The notes: generated by a model not told the origin, from the sequence alone. Positions 40,840 to 51,784 are shown, counted from the stretch's first letter. The stretch is DNA of 64,000 nt from an uncultured delta proteobacterium (GCA_963850305.1 CAWKKR010000011.1:384001-448000), one strand, 5' to 3'. Program-made: numbers and translations.

Positions 40840-42618
40840 TCAGGTCCCGAAAATGCGCCGCTTCTCGAGAAAGTCGACGACGGCCTGGGCGGCGCGGTCG
40901 GCGTGGGGCTCGGACCCGGTCCGGTAAACGACGACGTCCGGAAGAAGGACCGATTTCGCGCCCAGGGGCGGGTTTCCGTCCGAGGAGACGCCTACGCGGA
41001 CCATCTCCTCCGCCGACACACGCGGTGGAATGTCTTCAGCGGACGGCAAAGCACAATGAACGATGGCAATCACGCCCGCGAGCGCAGCGTGGCGGGCGGC
41101 GTCGAACACGCTGGTGCCGAGGAGGTCGTCCGTGGGTTCGATGACGACGGCTACTCTGCCCGCGTCGAAGAGCTGACGCTCGAGCGTATACGCGAGCTCG
41201 GCGGTGGCCTCGCTGCGTTCGGCGTCGATCCAGACGACGACCCCGGATTGACCGAGCCGCTCGCGGCGCTCTTTCGGACTCACCTGCGTGTGCGCGCGGT
41301 CCATCTCCTCGCGCGGCGCCCGCGTCACCTCGGACGAGCTGATCATCCCCGCCGCGACCGTGTTGTTGGTGATCGAATCGATGAGGATGAACGCGCCCGT
41401 GTGGCGGTTCCGAACGTACGGGTCGAAGAACAGTGCACGATGGCAGTGGACCCGAACGCGGCCGATGTCGTTCAACGAGAGCCCGGGTGCGGGCACCTCG
41501 TCGAGGGTCTCGAGATCGGTCTGACCGATCAGGGCCTCGACCTCGGCCCGGACCAGCTGGCTGGTGTGCTTGAGGAGATAACTCTTCTCGAGATCCAGCG
41601 GTCGTTCGCTCATCCACACGAGCATGGCCTCGAAGCGCTGTCCGACGCTCGGCGGCGCGTGCGGATGCACCAGCATGTCGCCGCGACTCACGTCCACTTC
41701 GTCGTCGAGGCGCAGCGTGACGCTCATCGGCGCGAAAGCGGCGTCCACTTCCCCCGCGAAGGTGTCGATTCCGCGAATCCGGGACATCTTTCGCGAGGGC
41801 AAGACCATCACGGCGTCGCCCTTTTTGACGACGCCCGCGGCGATCTCCCCCGAGAAACCGCGATAATCGAGGTTGGGACGCAGCACGTATTGCACCGGGT
41901 AGCGGAACGCATCGTCCGGAGTGCCGCGCGCGACCGGAACCGTCTCGAGGTGCTGGAGCAGCGTCGGACCGTCGTACCAAGGCGTCGCCTCGCTGCGGCG
42001 GACGATATTGTCGCCCTTGAGCGCGCTGATCGGAATGAACGTCACGCTCCGGAAGGTGAGCCTCGCGGCAAAACTCCGGAACGCCTCGCGGATCGAATCG
42101 TAAACGCCGGCGTCGTAGTTCCGGAGATCCATCTTGTTCACGCACACGACTAGGTGCGAAATCCCGAGGAGCGACGCAATGTACGCGTGCCGGCGCGATT
42201 GCTGGAGCACGCCGAGGCGGGCGTCGATGAGAATCACCGCGACATCGGCGGTCGACGCCCCGGTCGCCATGTTGCGCGTGTACTGAACGTGCCCCGGCGT
42301 GTCGGCGATGATGAACTTGCGTCGTTCGGTCGAAAAATATCGGTACGCGACGTCGATCGTTATGCCCTGCTCGCGTTCCGCTTTTAGTCCGTCCGTCACC
42401 AGCGAGAGGTCGAGCGCGTCGCTCTTCGTGCTCGACGCGCGTTCCACCGCTCGAAGCTGATCTTCGTAGAGACCGTGGGCGTCGTAGAGCAAGCGGCCAA
42501 TGAGCGTCGACTTACCGTCGTCCACCGAACCTACGGTCGTGAATCGGAGGAGCTCCTTTCTCTGATGCTGCTCGAGATATCCGAGAATGTCCTCCTCGAT
42601 GAAAGCTTGCTCGTCCAT
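40840..42618 (-). CDS. cysN: Sulfate adenylyltransferase large subunit CysN fused to a degenerate CysC-like domain
   Basis: GSVDDGKSTLIGRLL, EREQGITIDVAYRYF, DTPGH, NKMD; C-terminal domain lacks a P-loop. Confidence 0.95.
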   Translation of the reverse strand: MDEQAFIEEDILGYLEQHQRKELLRFTTVGSVDDGKSTLIGRLLYDAHGLYEDQLRAVERASSTKSDALDLSLVTDGLKAEREQGITIDVAYRYFSTERRKFIIADTPGHVQYTRNMATGASTADVAVILIDARLGVLQQSRRHAYIASLLGISHLVVCVNKMDLRNYDAGVYDSIREAFRSFAARLTFRSVTFIPISALKGDNIVRRSEATPWYDGPTLLQHLETVPVARGTPDDAFRYPVQYVLRPNLDYRGFSGEIAAGVVKKGDAVMVLPSRKMSRIRGIDTFAGEVDAAFAPMSVTLRLDDEVDVSRGDMLVHPHAPPSVGQRFEAMLVWMSERPLDLEKSYLLKHTSQLVRAEVEALIGQTDLETLDEVPAPGLSLNDIGRVRVHCHRALFFDPYVRNRHTGAFILIDSITNNTVAAGMISSSEVTRAPREEMDRAHTQVSPKERRERLGQSGVVVWIDAERSEATAELAYTLERQLFDAGRVAVVIEPTDDLLGTSVFDAARHAALAGVIAIVHCALPSAEDIPPRVSAEEMVRVGVSSDGNPPLGAKSVLLPDVVVYRTGSEPHADRAAQAVVDFLEKRRIFGT

Positions 42619-43535
42619 CAGAAGTAGCCTTCGCGCTTCTTGGTTTCCATCGAGCCCTCTTCGTCGAAATCGATGAGGCGCCCATGCCGCTCGGAATGCT
42701 TCGTGAGCAACATCTCCCGGATTATGTCCGGCAGCGTCGTCGCGCTCGACGGCAGAGCCCCGGTCAGCGGATAGCAGCCCAACGTTCGGAAACGGACGCG
42801 ACGCATCTGCGGTTCTTCCCCGTCTCGTATCGGCAAGCGTTCGTCGTCCACCATCACGAGCGCGCCGTCGCGTTCGACCAGGGGTCGATCGGCGGCAAAG
42901 TAGAGCGGGACGATCGGAATCTTCTCGAGCCAGATGTAAAGCCAGATGTCGAGCTCGGTCCAGTTGGAGAGCGGGAACACGCGGATGCTCTCGCCCTTCG
43001 TCAGCTTCGAATTGTAGAGATTCCAGAGCTCCGGCCGTTGATTCTTCGGATCCCACTGACCGAATTTGTCGCGGAACGAATAAATGCGTTCCTTCGCGCG
43101 TGAGCGCTCCTCGTCCCGGCGCGCCCCGCCAAACGCCGCGTCGTAACCGCCTTTCGCGAGCGCCTGGAGCAACGCCTGCGTCTTCATCACGTCCGTGTAC
43201 TTCTTGGAGCCGTGATCGAACGGATTGATGTTGGCGGCCTTCCCCTCTTGATTCGTGTGAACGATGAGCTCTAGGCCGTTCTCCTTCGTGAAAGAGTCAC
43301 GAAAGCGGATCATCTCCTTGAACTTCCACGTCGTGTCGATGTGAAGGAGCGGAAACGGCAGCTTGCCGGGGTGGAACGCCTTGCGCGCGAGGCGGACCAT
43401 GACGCTCGAATCCTTGCCAATCGAGTAGAGCATCACCGGGTTCTGAAACTCGGCGACGACCTCGCGGATGATATGAATGCTCTCCGCCTCGAGCTGCTCG
43501 AGATGCGTGAGGCGGTTCTCTAGTGCTGCTTCCAC
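42618..43535 (-). CDS. cysD: Sulfate adenylyltransferase subunit 2
   Basis: [29 protein letters not shown]. Confidence 0.97.
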   Translation of the reverse strand: MEAALENRLTHLEQLEAESIHIIREVVAEFQNPVMLYSIGKDSSVMVRLARKAFHPGKLPFPLLHIDTTWKFKEMIRFRDSFTKENGLELIVHTNQEGKAANINPFDHGSKKYTDVMKTQALLQALAKGGYDAAFGGARRDEERSRAKERIYSFRDKFGQWDPKNQRPELWNLYNSKLTKGESIRVFPLSNWTELDIWLYIWLEKIPIVPLYFAADRPLVERDGALVMVDDERLPIRDGEEPQMRRVRFRTLGCYPLTGALPSSATTLPDIIREMLLTKHSERHGRLIDFDEEGSMETKKREGYF

Positions 43536-43622
43536 GGGAAGATTCGACTCCGCCAGGCATCTAGCACTTTTCCCATCGGGATACGAAACAATGCGGAGTA
43601 ACGCATTGAAATTAGTCGTGAT

Positions 43623-44354
43623 TCAATCTCCATCAGGCACGCGGTGCGCGCCGCAGCGGTCCGCTGTAAGCGTCAGGCCCCGAAGCTCGACGGCGCGGCC
43701 GCGCGCCGCTCGGACGCGCGCAAGGTAGTCGGAGCGCGGGATTTCTTTGGCGCCCATCGACGCAAGGTGCGGCGTCAGGAGCTGCACGTCGAACAGCTCC
43801 ACGCCGGCGGCGGCGAGACTGCGAACCGCGAAGACGAGCGCCACTTTGGATGCATCGGTCCGACGATGAAACATGCTCTCGGCTGCGAAGAGCGCCCCCC
43901 GCTGGACGCCATAGAGCCCGCCGACGAGCTCGTTCGCGTCCCACACTTCGAAACTGTGCGCGTGGCCCTCCCGGTGGAGCGCAACATACGCCGAGATCAT
44001 CTCCGGCAGGATCCACGTTCCCACGTCACGGTCGCCAGCGGCACGCATCACGCCTTCGAAGTCTCGATCGAACGTCACTTCGAACGGCATCCGGCGCAAC
44101 GAGCGGCCGAGGCTTCGCGATACGTGCAGCTCATCGGCGACGATGACCGCGCGCGGGTTCGGGCTCCACCAGAGCGGTGGCACGCCCTCGTCGTACCAGG
44201 GGAAGATGCCGTTATCGTAGGCGACGAGCAGTCGCGCGATGGACAGGTCGCCACCGATGGCGAGAAGACCGTCGTCGTCGGCGAGTTCGGGGTCGGGAAA
44301 CGCGATCGGGGTGCCCGGATGAAGCGGGATCGGCCGACGACGAATGCGACGCAT
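43623..44354 (-). CDS. aat: Leucyl/phenylalanyl-tRNA--protein transferase
   Basis: GLLAIGGDL, GIFPW, WWSPNPR, GGLYGV, ESMF, ASKVAL. Confidence 0.95.
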   Translation of the reverse strand: MRRIRRRPIPLHPGTPIAFPDPELADDDGLLAIGGDLSIARLLVAYDNGIFPWYDEGVPPLWWSPNPRAVIVADELHVSRSLGRSLRRMPFEVTFDRDFEGVMRAAGDRDVGTWILPEMISAYVALHREGHAHSFEVWDANELVGGLYGVQRGALFAAESMFHRRTDASKVALVFAVRSLAAAGVELFDVQLLTPHLASMGAKEIPRSDYLARVRAARGRAVELRGLTLTADRCGAHRVPDGD

Positions 44355-44390
44355 GTGCGCCGGGAGGATAGCAAGAGCGCTCGGCGAAGA

Positions 44391-45682
44391 TCACCTCGTC
44401 TTCGGACCGCCGCTCGCTTCGCTTTTTTCCAGCTTGAGCCCGTTCGCCTCTTCTTCCGTATCGCGCGTCTCGCACCTTCGGCGCTCGTCTTCGTCGATGA
44501 CCGCGTCCGGGAGCCGCGGGGGAGACGCGAACGCGGGATGGGAGAAGTCGAACATATCGTAGGGGGGTTCGTCGTTGGCATCGCGACGCGTCAGGGCGGG
44601 AAGCTCCGCGCGTGCCTGGACGAACCTGAGGAGCGACGTATGCGAGTAGGTGCGATGCGACACATAGTGCGCCCGCGCGAAGGGGGAGACGGCGATGAAC
44701 GGAACCCGCACGCCCAGGTGGTCGAACCTCGTACCGGCGCTCAGTCCTTCGATGCGCGGAGGTTCCTCGTCCGGCGGACACGCGCGCGGCGGGGGAACAT
44801 GATCGTAGAAACCGCCGTGCTCGTCGTACGTCAAGAGCAGCGCGGACCGCGACCAGGTCGGGCTCGCAAGGACGGCTGCGACGACTCTTGCGACGAACGC
44901 CTGACCGACTTGCACGTCCCCAGGGGCGTGCTCGTCGGTCGCCGTCTTTCCTCCATAGGTCGACTCGATCCATGAAAAGAACGGCAGCTTGCCGGCCTCC
45001 GCGTCAACGAAGAAGTCCTGAATCGGACGGAAATGCTCGCCCTTCTCTGCGTGGAGGCGGGGGTACATCTGCTCCTCGAATGTCCGCCCCTGCGAATACA
45101 CGACCCAGGAGAACCCGCTGTCCTCGAGCTGATGAAAGAGCGTGTGCTCCTCGGCCCGCGGGGGTGGGGGCGTGTTCACGGCGTGCCCGAACGACGATGC
45201 CGACAGGAAGAACATCCGGTTGGGAAACGTCGGCCCGGGGACTGCGGCGAAGTAATGATCGGCGATGGGGAACAGATTGGCGAGCGCGCGACGTCGACGT
45301 TCGGTTGCCCGTACTCGGGCAGCTTCTGAAAATAGTGATCGAAGGACCGATTCTCCTGCATCGCGACGATGAAGTGATCGATCGGGATCTGGTCGCCGAT
45401 GGGGGAGCCCGGGTCGAGCGAGTCGCGCGGCAGCGCGCCTGGCTGGAAGAAGCACGCCGCGCGACGCCCTGCCGGGGAATTCGGCGGAGGAATGCCGAGC
45501 GGCGCCGGGGAGCCCGGGCGCCCGCTCGACGCGGGTCCAGGTCCGCCGGAGGTCGGGCCCCCGTGGCACGCGACCAGCGCGGTGGCGACGATCAGTCCCG
45601 CTGCGGCGTGAACGGACGGTCGATCTTGTCGTTCCAGTCGAAGTAACAAGCCCCTGTTTCGTAACATACTCCGGATACGCAC
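44391..45682 (-). pseudogene. Phospholipase C / acid phosphatase-family phosphoesterase, frameshifted and probably internally deleted near 45285
   Basis: MQENRSFDHYF is in one frame; DHYFAAVPGPTFPNR, DEH, TYDEHGGFYDHV and LGVRVP are in another; start uncertain. Confidence 0.8.
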
Positions 45683-47658
45683 TTACCCGACGCGCAATCG
45701 AGGTTCGAATTGCAGCCGATGGTGTGGCGAGGAATGCAGCACGTCTGATTGTCGGAGCAAACGGTGAGGTCCTGCTGGTTCGCGGAGTTCAGTGGGATCT
45801 GGCACGCCGTGCCGGTCTCGCACACGGCGCTGCTCGCGGAGCCCGAGCAGAAATCGAACGCGCGGGCCTGGGGCTGACAGGTGAAAGCCTCCGTCGAGTT
45901 CGCCGGGTCGAGCTTGGCGCAATTCTGCTCTGCGCAGAGCGAGGCAACGGGGACGCCGCTGGCGGCCGCGCACTGATCGCCGACGGCGTACGGCGGAGCC
46001 GAGCACGTCGTGCCCACATTGCAGTACGCCTTCGTCGGATCGCAGCGCACGTCCGAGCACGTGCCGCCGATCGGTGCCGGACTCGTGCATTCGCTACCCT
46101 GGCAAATCTTGCCCGAAGCGAGACAGAGCTCGTCCTGACCGGCGCAGCTGACCCCGGTCCCCGCATCCGGCGTGTACACCTCGGACGGCGCCTGACAGTG
46201 GTCGTTCGCGCAACATTGGCTGTCCGCGCACGCGCCGCAGGCGGTCAGCCCGCCGCACTCCCTGTTGTTGCAGTTGTCGGTGAAAAACTGCGGGTTGCAG
46301 TCGGGCGATCCAACGGCTCCGAAGAGATCCGCGTTGAACGTGCACGTCGCGGTTTGCTTCGTCTTCACCGAGCCGGCCATCTCGATCGAGACGGTGGGCG
46401 TCCCCGTCGTCGCCGACGAGCAGTACCCGAGCAGGTACGTCCGCTTGGGGTAGTTTTGCACACGCGTCGTGATGTCCTGAAACGCGCCCGCCCAGTCCGA
46501 CGCGGACTGCGCGAGAAAGGTCCCGTCCCGACCCATCGTGGATAGATCGGTGAAGTCGACCTCCGTGCCGATGCCGACGGACAGCAAGTTGACCTTGGTG
46601 GTCGAAATCAGATTCGTGTTCAGCGCGTAACCGGTGTTATCGCTGGCGTCGGTGATCATCACGACGGTGCCCGTCGTCAGTACGCCACCTTTCGTCACCG
46701 CGTCGCGAAGACCCTGCATGCGCTCGGTGGCGCGGATGCCGTTCTCGAATGCCTTGTTGACCGAAGTGCCGTTCTTGCCGAGCTGATCGGTGACCGCCTG
46801 GGGGTTATTTTGCAGGTCCTGGAGGGCGAGATCGACCGTATCGAGGTCCCTCGTGAACGGCAGATACTCCTCCACGTTCCTGGCGAAGGTCAGGATGGAT
46901 ACGCCGCCGATCGGCGGCTGCCCGCCGGCCCTCAGCCCGGGCAGAAGGACCGTGCGGATTTGCCCGAGGACCCCGGCGACCGAGTTTACGTCCGCCGTCA
47001 TCGACGCGGACATGTCGATGACGAGCGTGATGTAGGACTCGACCGAGTGCGGGATGATCGTCGCGGAAGCCTCGAGAGAGTTCACGACTTGCGTGTTGTT
47101 CTCGAGAATACGAAACGCCTTCGACGGATCCCCTCCGCCAAGAGCCGCGAGATCGGCCGGTAGAACGGCGGTACCGGCGCAATAGTCGACCGCGAAGAAC
47201 AAGCCCACTGCCGGTGCGCCGTTCGTTTCGAAGCGGCAGCTGTCGTTCTGGAGATAACGAAGGTTGATGCAGGAAGTGTCGACCACGCACAAGCTGTTCG
47301 CCGTTTCATTCAGCGAGGGCCCCCCGTCGGGAAGGGTGGCGACATAGCCGTTGTCGCACGCGCAGACGGCAGCGCTCCCGCTGCCCACGCAATGGCTGTG
47401 ACCCTGACACAAAAGAGAACCGCAGTTCGTGATGGGCGCGTCGATGGTCGCGTCGAGGCTCGCGTCCGCACCGCCATCCTTGGACGACGTGCCGCCCGCA
47501 GCGGACCTGCCGCCACCACTGCCATCGCTCGCGGTGCCGCCCGCACTTTCGTTTCCGATGGGCGGCGCCGTCGTCGGCTTGCTCGAACACCCCTCGAATC
47601 CGAGAGCGGCAAGGAGGCCGAACAGGGTGACGGCAAAAAGCTTTCGAAAGGACCCCAT
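45592..47658 (-). CDS. vWA-domain lipoprotein with EGF-like and Cys-rich regions
   Basis: FEGC lipobox; IDMSAS MIDAS-like motif; VMITDA; Cys-rich C-terminus. Confidence 0.8.
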   Translation of the reverse strand: MGSFRKLFAVTLFGLLAALGFEGCSSKPTTAPPIGNESAGGTASDGSGGGRSAAGGTSSKDGGADASLDATIDAPITNCGSLLCQGHSHCVGSGSAAVCACDNGYVATLPDGGPSLNETANSLCVVDTSCINLRYLQNDSCRFETNGAPAVGLFFAVDYCAGTAVLPADLAALGGGDPSKAFRILENNTQVVNSLEASATIIPHSVESYITLVIDMSASMTADVNSVAGVLGQIRTVLLPGLRAGGQPPIGGVSILTFARNVEEYLPFTRDLDTVDLALQDLQNNPQAVTDQLGKNGTSVNKAFENGIRATERMQGLRDAVTKGGVLTTGTVVMITDASDNTGYALNTNLISTTKVNLLSVGIGTEVDFTDLSTMGRDGTFLAQSASDWAGAFQDITTRVQNYPKRTYLLGYCSSATTGTPTVSIEMAGSVKTKQTATCTFNADLFGAVGSPDCNPQFFTDNCNNRECGGLTACGACADSQCCANDHCQAPSEVYTPDAGTGVSCAGQDELCLASGKICQGSECTSPAPIGGTCSDVRCDPTKAYCNVGTTCSAPPYAVGDQCAAASGVPVASLCAEQNCAKLDPANSTEAFTCQPQARAFDFCSGSASSAVCETGTACQIPLNSANQQDLTVCSDNQTCCIPRHTIGCNSNLDCASGKCVSGVCYETGACYFDWNDKIDRPFTPQRD

Positions 47659-47759
47659 GAGACCCCCAGCTTCGCTGAGAAGAGGGCCGATTCATACCAG
47701 ACGGGCTCCCTGGGGGCGAGATCCACGCGGGATCGACGCTTCGAGCGACCTGGCGCGTC

Positions 47760-48149
47760 TCAGCTATCGCCGTGACGAATGGTCAGGTCATCCGCGGTTC
47801 CCGGGCGTCGATCGGGGCCTGCGGAACGGACCTCGGCGTGCTCGCCATTGCAAATGATGCGATAGCGATTCCCCCACGGGTCAGCCGTGGCGGCGGCGTC
47901 GTCCAGCCTACCTTCGTCCATCAGCTGAGTGATGGTGGGACAGCCGTTCGCGTTTTCGGTTTGCCACGCCTCTGCGGCGGCCTGCACGCGACGACCTGCT
48001 TCGAGCGCGCCCTGCGCGTCATCGCTGTTGTTCGCTCGCTCCACTACGACTGCGGTCGCGGCAACGGCCGCCGTCAGCACACCCATCACGAGGAGGGCTC
48101 CCCGGGAAACCTTGCCCGCAGACGAGAAGGTGCGCACGGCCTTCTTCAT
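47760..48149 (-). CDS. GspG/pseudopilin-like protein
   Basis: N-terminal hydrophobic helix; DPWGNRY and SAGPD..PGTADD motifs. Confidence 0.75.
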   Translation of the reverse strand: MKKAVRTFSSAGKVSRGALLVMGVLTAAVAATAVVVERANNSDDAQGALEAGRRVQAAAEAWQTENANGCPTITQLMDEGRLDDAAATADPWGNRYRIICNGEHAEVRSAGPDRRPGTADDLTIRHGDS

Positions 48150-48166
48150 GACGTGGCACTTGGCAA

Positions 48167-48182
48167 AGCAAGCCGCGTGCCG
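48167..48182 (-). promoter_or_regulatory. Putative sigma-54 promoter of the pseudopilin-like gene
   Basis: Minus strand CGGCACG-CGGC-TTGCT, close to consensus TGGCACG-N4-TTGCW. Confidence 0.7.
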
Positions 48183-48351
48183 GAGCTGCAGCCACGAAAT
48201 GCCCGCAGCGATACGACGAGGCGCCGCGCCTTGCGTCAGGGTGGCGCAAGGCGCGCGCTCTTCTGCAGCCTCCGGTGACACTTTGACAGTCGCGTCAGCG
48301 CGTCCTCCCGCGACCGGGGAGTCGCCGAGAGTTTCGAGGTGGGACTGGCAG

Positions 48352-49236
48352 CTAGCGTCTCGCGATGGACCGCGCGAACCGCTCATCGTCGTCGAGTGGG
48401 GCGTGCGGCGACGGTTGCTCGCGCGAAATCCCCAGGTCGTAGCCGAGCCGCACGCGTCCTCTGCCCTCGGACAGAATGGACGGCGGAAACCCGAACATTC
48501 GACGAAACGTACGCGACAGGTGCGCGGAGTCCGAGAACCCGGCGTGATGCGCAGCTTCGGTCAGCGTCGAGCCCGCGGCGAGTGAAATGAGAACGTCGCG
48601 CAGCCGGAGCCAGAGCACGTAGCGCCGCATCGGCAGCCCCATCTCGGTCGTGAACAGATGGATGAGTCGCCCCGGAGACAACCCCACGGCCGACGCGAGC
48701 TTCGCGGCGGGCGGCGGCGACAGGACGTCGCGCTTGATTATGCTCATGGCGCGCAGGATCCGCGGATCGCGTGGACGTCGCGGCGCTCCGTTCACCGTGA
48801 GCTCGCCGACGGTGAGCGACCACGCGTCGAACGCGGCGCGACTCGTCCCGTCGAGACGCAGAAACACGTCACGGACGCGCTCGATCGTCTCCGACGATAA
48901 CGAGCGCACTCCGGCTTCGACGAAGTGGTGCGCAATGCCCGCGTACACGTCGCTCTCCGGATCGATCTGCAGGATGGCGAGCTTGATGCCGCGAGCGTCG
49001 AGCTGTTGCTCGACGTTGGGCGCGACCATCACGCCGTCCATGGCCATGAACTCACGGCTCGGCTCGACGCGCACGCGCACCGGACCCTCGAGCCCGAGGA
49101 TGACCGACGCGGTGAAATGCCGGTGCGCTTCGTTGAACATGTCGGCGCCGACGAACAGCGCTCCGTTCGGCCAGAGATGCAGCACGCCTTCGGGCACCGC
49201 GACCTCCGAGTTCCGAGCAACGCCTTCGAGCCGCAC
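48352..49236 (-). CDS. AraC-family transcriptional regulator
   Basis: LSPGRLIHLF, RRYVLWLRL, AGFSDSAHLSRTFRRMFG; start uncertain. Confidence 0.9.
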   Translation of the reverse strand: MRLEGVARNSEVAVPEGVLHLWPNGALFVGADMFNEAHRHFTASVILGLEGPVRVRVEPSREFMAMDGVMVAPNVEQQLDARGIKLAILQIDPESDVYAGIAHHFVEAGVRSLSSETIERVRDVFLRLDGTSRAAFDAWSLTVGELTVNGAPRRPRDPRILRAMSIIKRDVLSPPPAAKLASAVGLSPGRLIHLFTTEMGLPMRRYVLWLRLRDVLISLAAGSTLTEAAHHAGFSDSAHLSRTFRRMFGFPPSILSEGRGRVRLGYDLGISREQPSPHAPLDDDERFARSIARR

Positions 49237-49377
49237 TCCCCGACGAGTATGCCGCGACAGGCGCCACATTGTGGAGCGCGAAATCACCCACGGCCGGAAT
49301 GAAGCCGGATCGCGTCGCCGCGGCCGCTTCGAGGTCGGTCCGTCCGGGCCCGGCATCGAAGCGCCGGCCGGCATCGA

Positions 49378-49393
49378 GGGCGCGCTACTTGCA
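49378..49393 (+). promoter_or_regulatory. Putative sigma-54 promoter
   Basis: GGGCGCG-CTAC-TTGCA about 90 bp upstream of the ATG at 49484. Confidence 0.55.
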
Positions 49394-49483
49394 GCGCGTG
49401 CCGCGCGGCTCGGCCTCGCCGAACGAGCACGTTTCGCGACGCGCTCGACAGGGTCGCCGGTCCGTCAACAAGGGAGAATCCAG

Positions 49484-50539
49484 ATGAATCCGACCAATCG
49501 AACTTCGCATCCGTCCCGACGAGTGAAGACGATATTACGAGCGGCCGCGATCGGCGCCGTGAGCCTGGCGATCGGTTGTGCCATGAGCTGCTCGAGTAGC
49601 GACACCGGCAGCAGCGGCACTGCCTCCACCTACGAGGCCTATTCTCTGAATACCGACTATGCGACGAGCGTGGCCGTGACGAACGCGGCGCTCTCGGACT
49701 CGTGGGGACCGACCGTGGTGACATTCGCACGCATCGCCGCGGATGCAGGTCCGAAGCTCGAGGATGCTGGCATGAAGAAGAGCGACGCGAGCGTCGCGAC
49801 CCCCGCGCAAGGTCCGGCCAAGGTCATCCTTACGGTCGCTCGAGGCGATGTGTCCGTTTGCCCCGGGCACGTCACGGTGACGCCGATCATGACCGCCACG
49901 CCGTGCGACGAGAATGGACAATCGGGCGATACGCAGACTGGAACCACGGTCGTGTTCGACGACTGCGTGTTGAAAGGAGGGGGACGACTCGACGGCACGA
50001 TCTCGGTGACGAGTACGCATCGAGCCAGCGACACCGCATGCGATTCGAACACGACGATCTCGATCACCTTCGCCGCGAACGTGCAGAACCTCGCGTACAC
50101 GGCGCCGGACGGGACCGCGACCGCGATCCGGAACCTGGTCGTCGACGGCTCTTACGATCACACGATCGGATCGCCGCCGAAGAGCATCACGACGGCGATG
50201 CACGGTAGCGTGGAGAACGAGAGCTCGAACGGCGGCCTGGCGCTCTTGACCACGTTCTCCGGCCAAGCAACGTTCACGTTGCCCGGAACCCCGGGCGCGT
50301 ACAGCGTGACGTCCTCGCTCGACTGGACCAGCTCGACCGCGCGGGACGGCGGCGTCGATGGCGGGCCGAATTCGGTCAGGGTGAACGCGGACGGGCTCAC
50401 TCACGACGGCCAGTGCTGTCACGCCACGGGCGGAACCGTGACGGTCGCGGGCGCCCGGACCGGCACCTTCACATTCGGCCCCGCCTGCGGAGAGGCCACC
50501 GCGAACGGCAAGCCCGTCATGCTCTCCGACTGCACATAG
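49484..50539 (+). CDS. Hypothetical beta-rich lipoprotein
   Basis: RBS GGGAG; hydrophobic leader with AMSC lipobox; Thr/Gly-rich. Confidence 0.72.
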   Translation: MNPTNRTSHPSRRVKTILRAAAIGAVSLAIGCAMSCSSSDTGSSGTASTYEAYSLNTDYATSVAVTNAALSDSWGPTVVTFARIAADAGPKLEDAGMKKSDASVATPAQGPAKVILTVARGDVSVCPGHVTVTPIMTATPCDENGQSGDTQTGTTVVFDDCVLKGGGRLDGTISVTSTHRASDTACDSNTTISITFAANVQNLAYTAPDGTATAIRNLVVDGSYDHTIGSPPKSITTAMHGSVENESSNGGLALLTTFSGQATFTLPGTPGAYSVTSSLDWTSSTARDGGVDGGPNSVRVNADGLTHDGQCCHATGGTVTVAGARTGTFTFGPACGEATANGKPVMLSDCT

Positions 50540-50668
50540 AAGGGCTGCCCCCATCCGTCGCCGCCTCCGGGCGGCGACGACTTCCCCCAAAGCCGTGCTC
50601 GCGCGCCCAGCGGCGCGCTCCGCGCGGCCGGGGGAAGTCGGCCTGGACGTCTCGATCCGGATCCAGCA

Positions 50669-51784
50669 TCACGCCCGCCCGACATGGATCCGGATCGCGT
50701 CGTCGTAGTGCGTCTCGAGCGCGCGGACACGCGTGCGGACGTCGTATTCGCGGAGCATCTTCGCGCGGGCGGCGCGTCCCAGGGTCGCCCGGAGAGCGGG
50801 GTCCGACGCGACGAGAAAGAGTCTGTCGGCGAGAGCATCCACGTCGCGCTCCGGCACGAGAAAACCGGTCACGCCGTCCTCGATGATCTCGGGAATGCCG
50901 CCGTGCACCGTCCCGATGGGCACGACACTCGACGCACTCGCCTCCTTGACCGACAGAATCCCGCTCTCGCGATCGCCTCCGGGGCCCACGACGCTCGGCG
51001 CCATCAGGACGTCGCTCTGCCGCAAGCGCTCCGCGACCCCCGAGCTTGTCAGAACGCCGCTGAACACGACCCTATCCTCGATCCCGAGCTCCTTCGCGAG
51101 CGCGCGGAGCCGCCCGGCGAGGTGACCGTCGCCAATCAGCGTGAGGCGCGACGGGAGCCGATTCGCGACACGAGCGAAGGCGCGAAGCCCGTACTCGAAT
51201 CCCTTCTTTTCCACGAAGCGACCGACCATGACGACCTCGACACGGTCGCCCGGAGCCCTCGGCTCGGCCGCGAAGCGCTCCACGTCGATGCCGATGTGAT
51301 GCAGGCGAAGGCGTTCCCGCGGCACGCCAAGCGCGGCGAGCATCTCGAGGAGCTCGGCGGACGCGCAGAGCCCGAGCGTCATGGCTCGGAGCACGGCGGG
51401 GCCGAGCAGCGCGTAGCGGAGGCTCTTCGGCAAGAAGCGGGCGGGAGACGACAAGATTGGCACGTCGTACCCGTGGAACGTCACGACCAGGGGCAGGCGG
51501 AGCTTCGTCGCGAAGCGCAACGCGTACACGCCACCGGGGCCGAAGTGCGCGTGCAGGAGCGCGAACCGCCCCGTCGCGAGCGCGCGTTCGAACGCGCGGT
51601 CACGGAGCGTCACGCCGTATCCGGGGCCCGCGACGTGAACGCGGTCGAACGGAAAGCGAGCGACGTTCATGCGCTTCCGGCAGAACACTTCGACGTCGTA
51701 CCGCTCGTGGTTGCGGAGCTCGTCGTAGACGAAGGTCTGCGCGTACTGGAGAAAGTAGGTGCTGAAGACCGCAGCCGCCGGCAT
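50669..51784 (-). CDS. GT4-family glycosyltransferase
   Basis: HAHFG, VTFHGYD, VGRFVEKKG, ESGILSVKEA, HGGIPE. Confidence 0.92.
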   Translation of the reverse strand: MPAAAVFSTYFLQYAQTFVYDELRNHERYDVEVFCRKRMNVARFPFDRVHVAGPGYGVTLRDRAFERALATGRFALLHAHFGPGGVYALRFATKLRLPLVVTFHGYDVPILSSPARFLPKSLRYALLGPAVLRAMTLGLCASAELLEMLAALGVPRERLRLHHIGIDVERFAAEPRAPGDRVEVVMVGRFVEKKGFEYGLRAFARVANRLPSRLTLIGDGHLAGRLRALAKELGIEDRVVFSGVLTSSGVAERLRQSDVLMAPSVVGPGGDRESGILSVKEASASSVVPIGTVHGGIPEIIEDGVTGFLVPERDVDALADRLFLVASDPALRATLGRAARAKMLREYDVRTRVRALETHYDDAIRIHVGRA

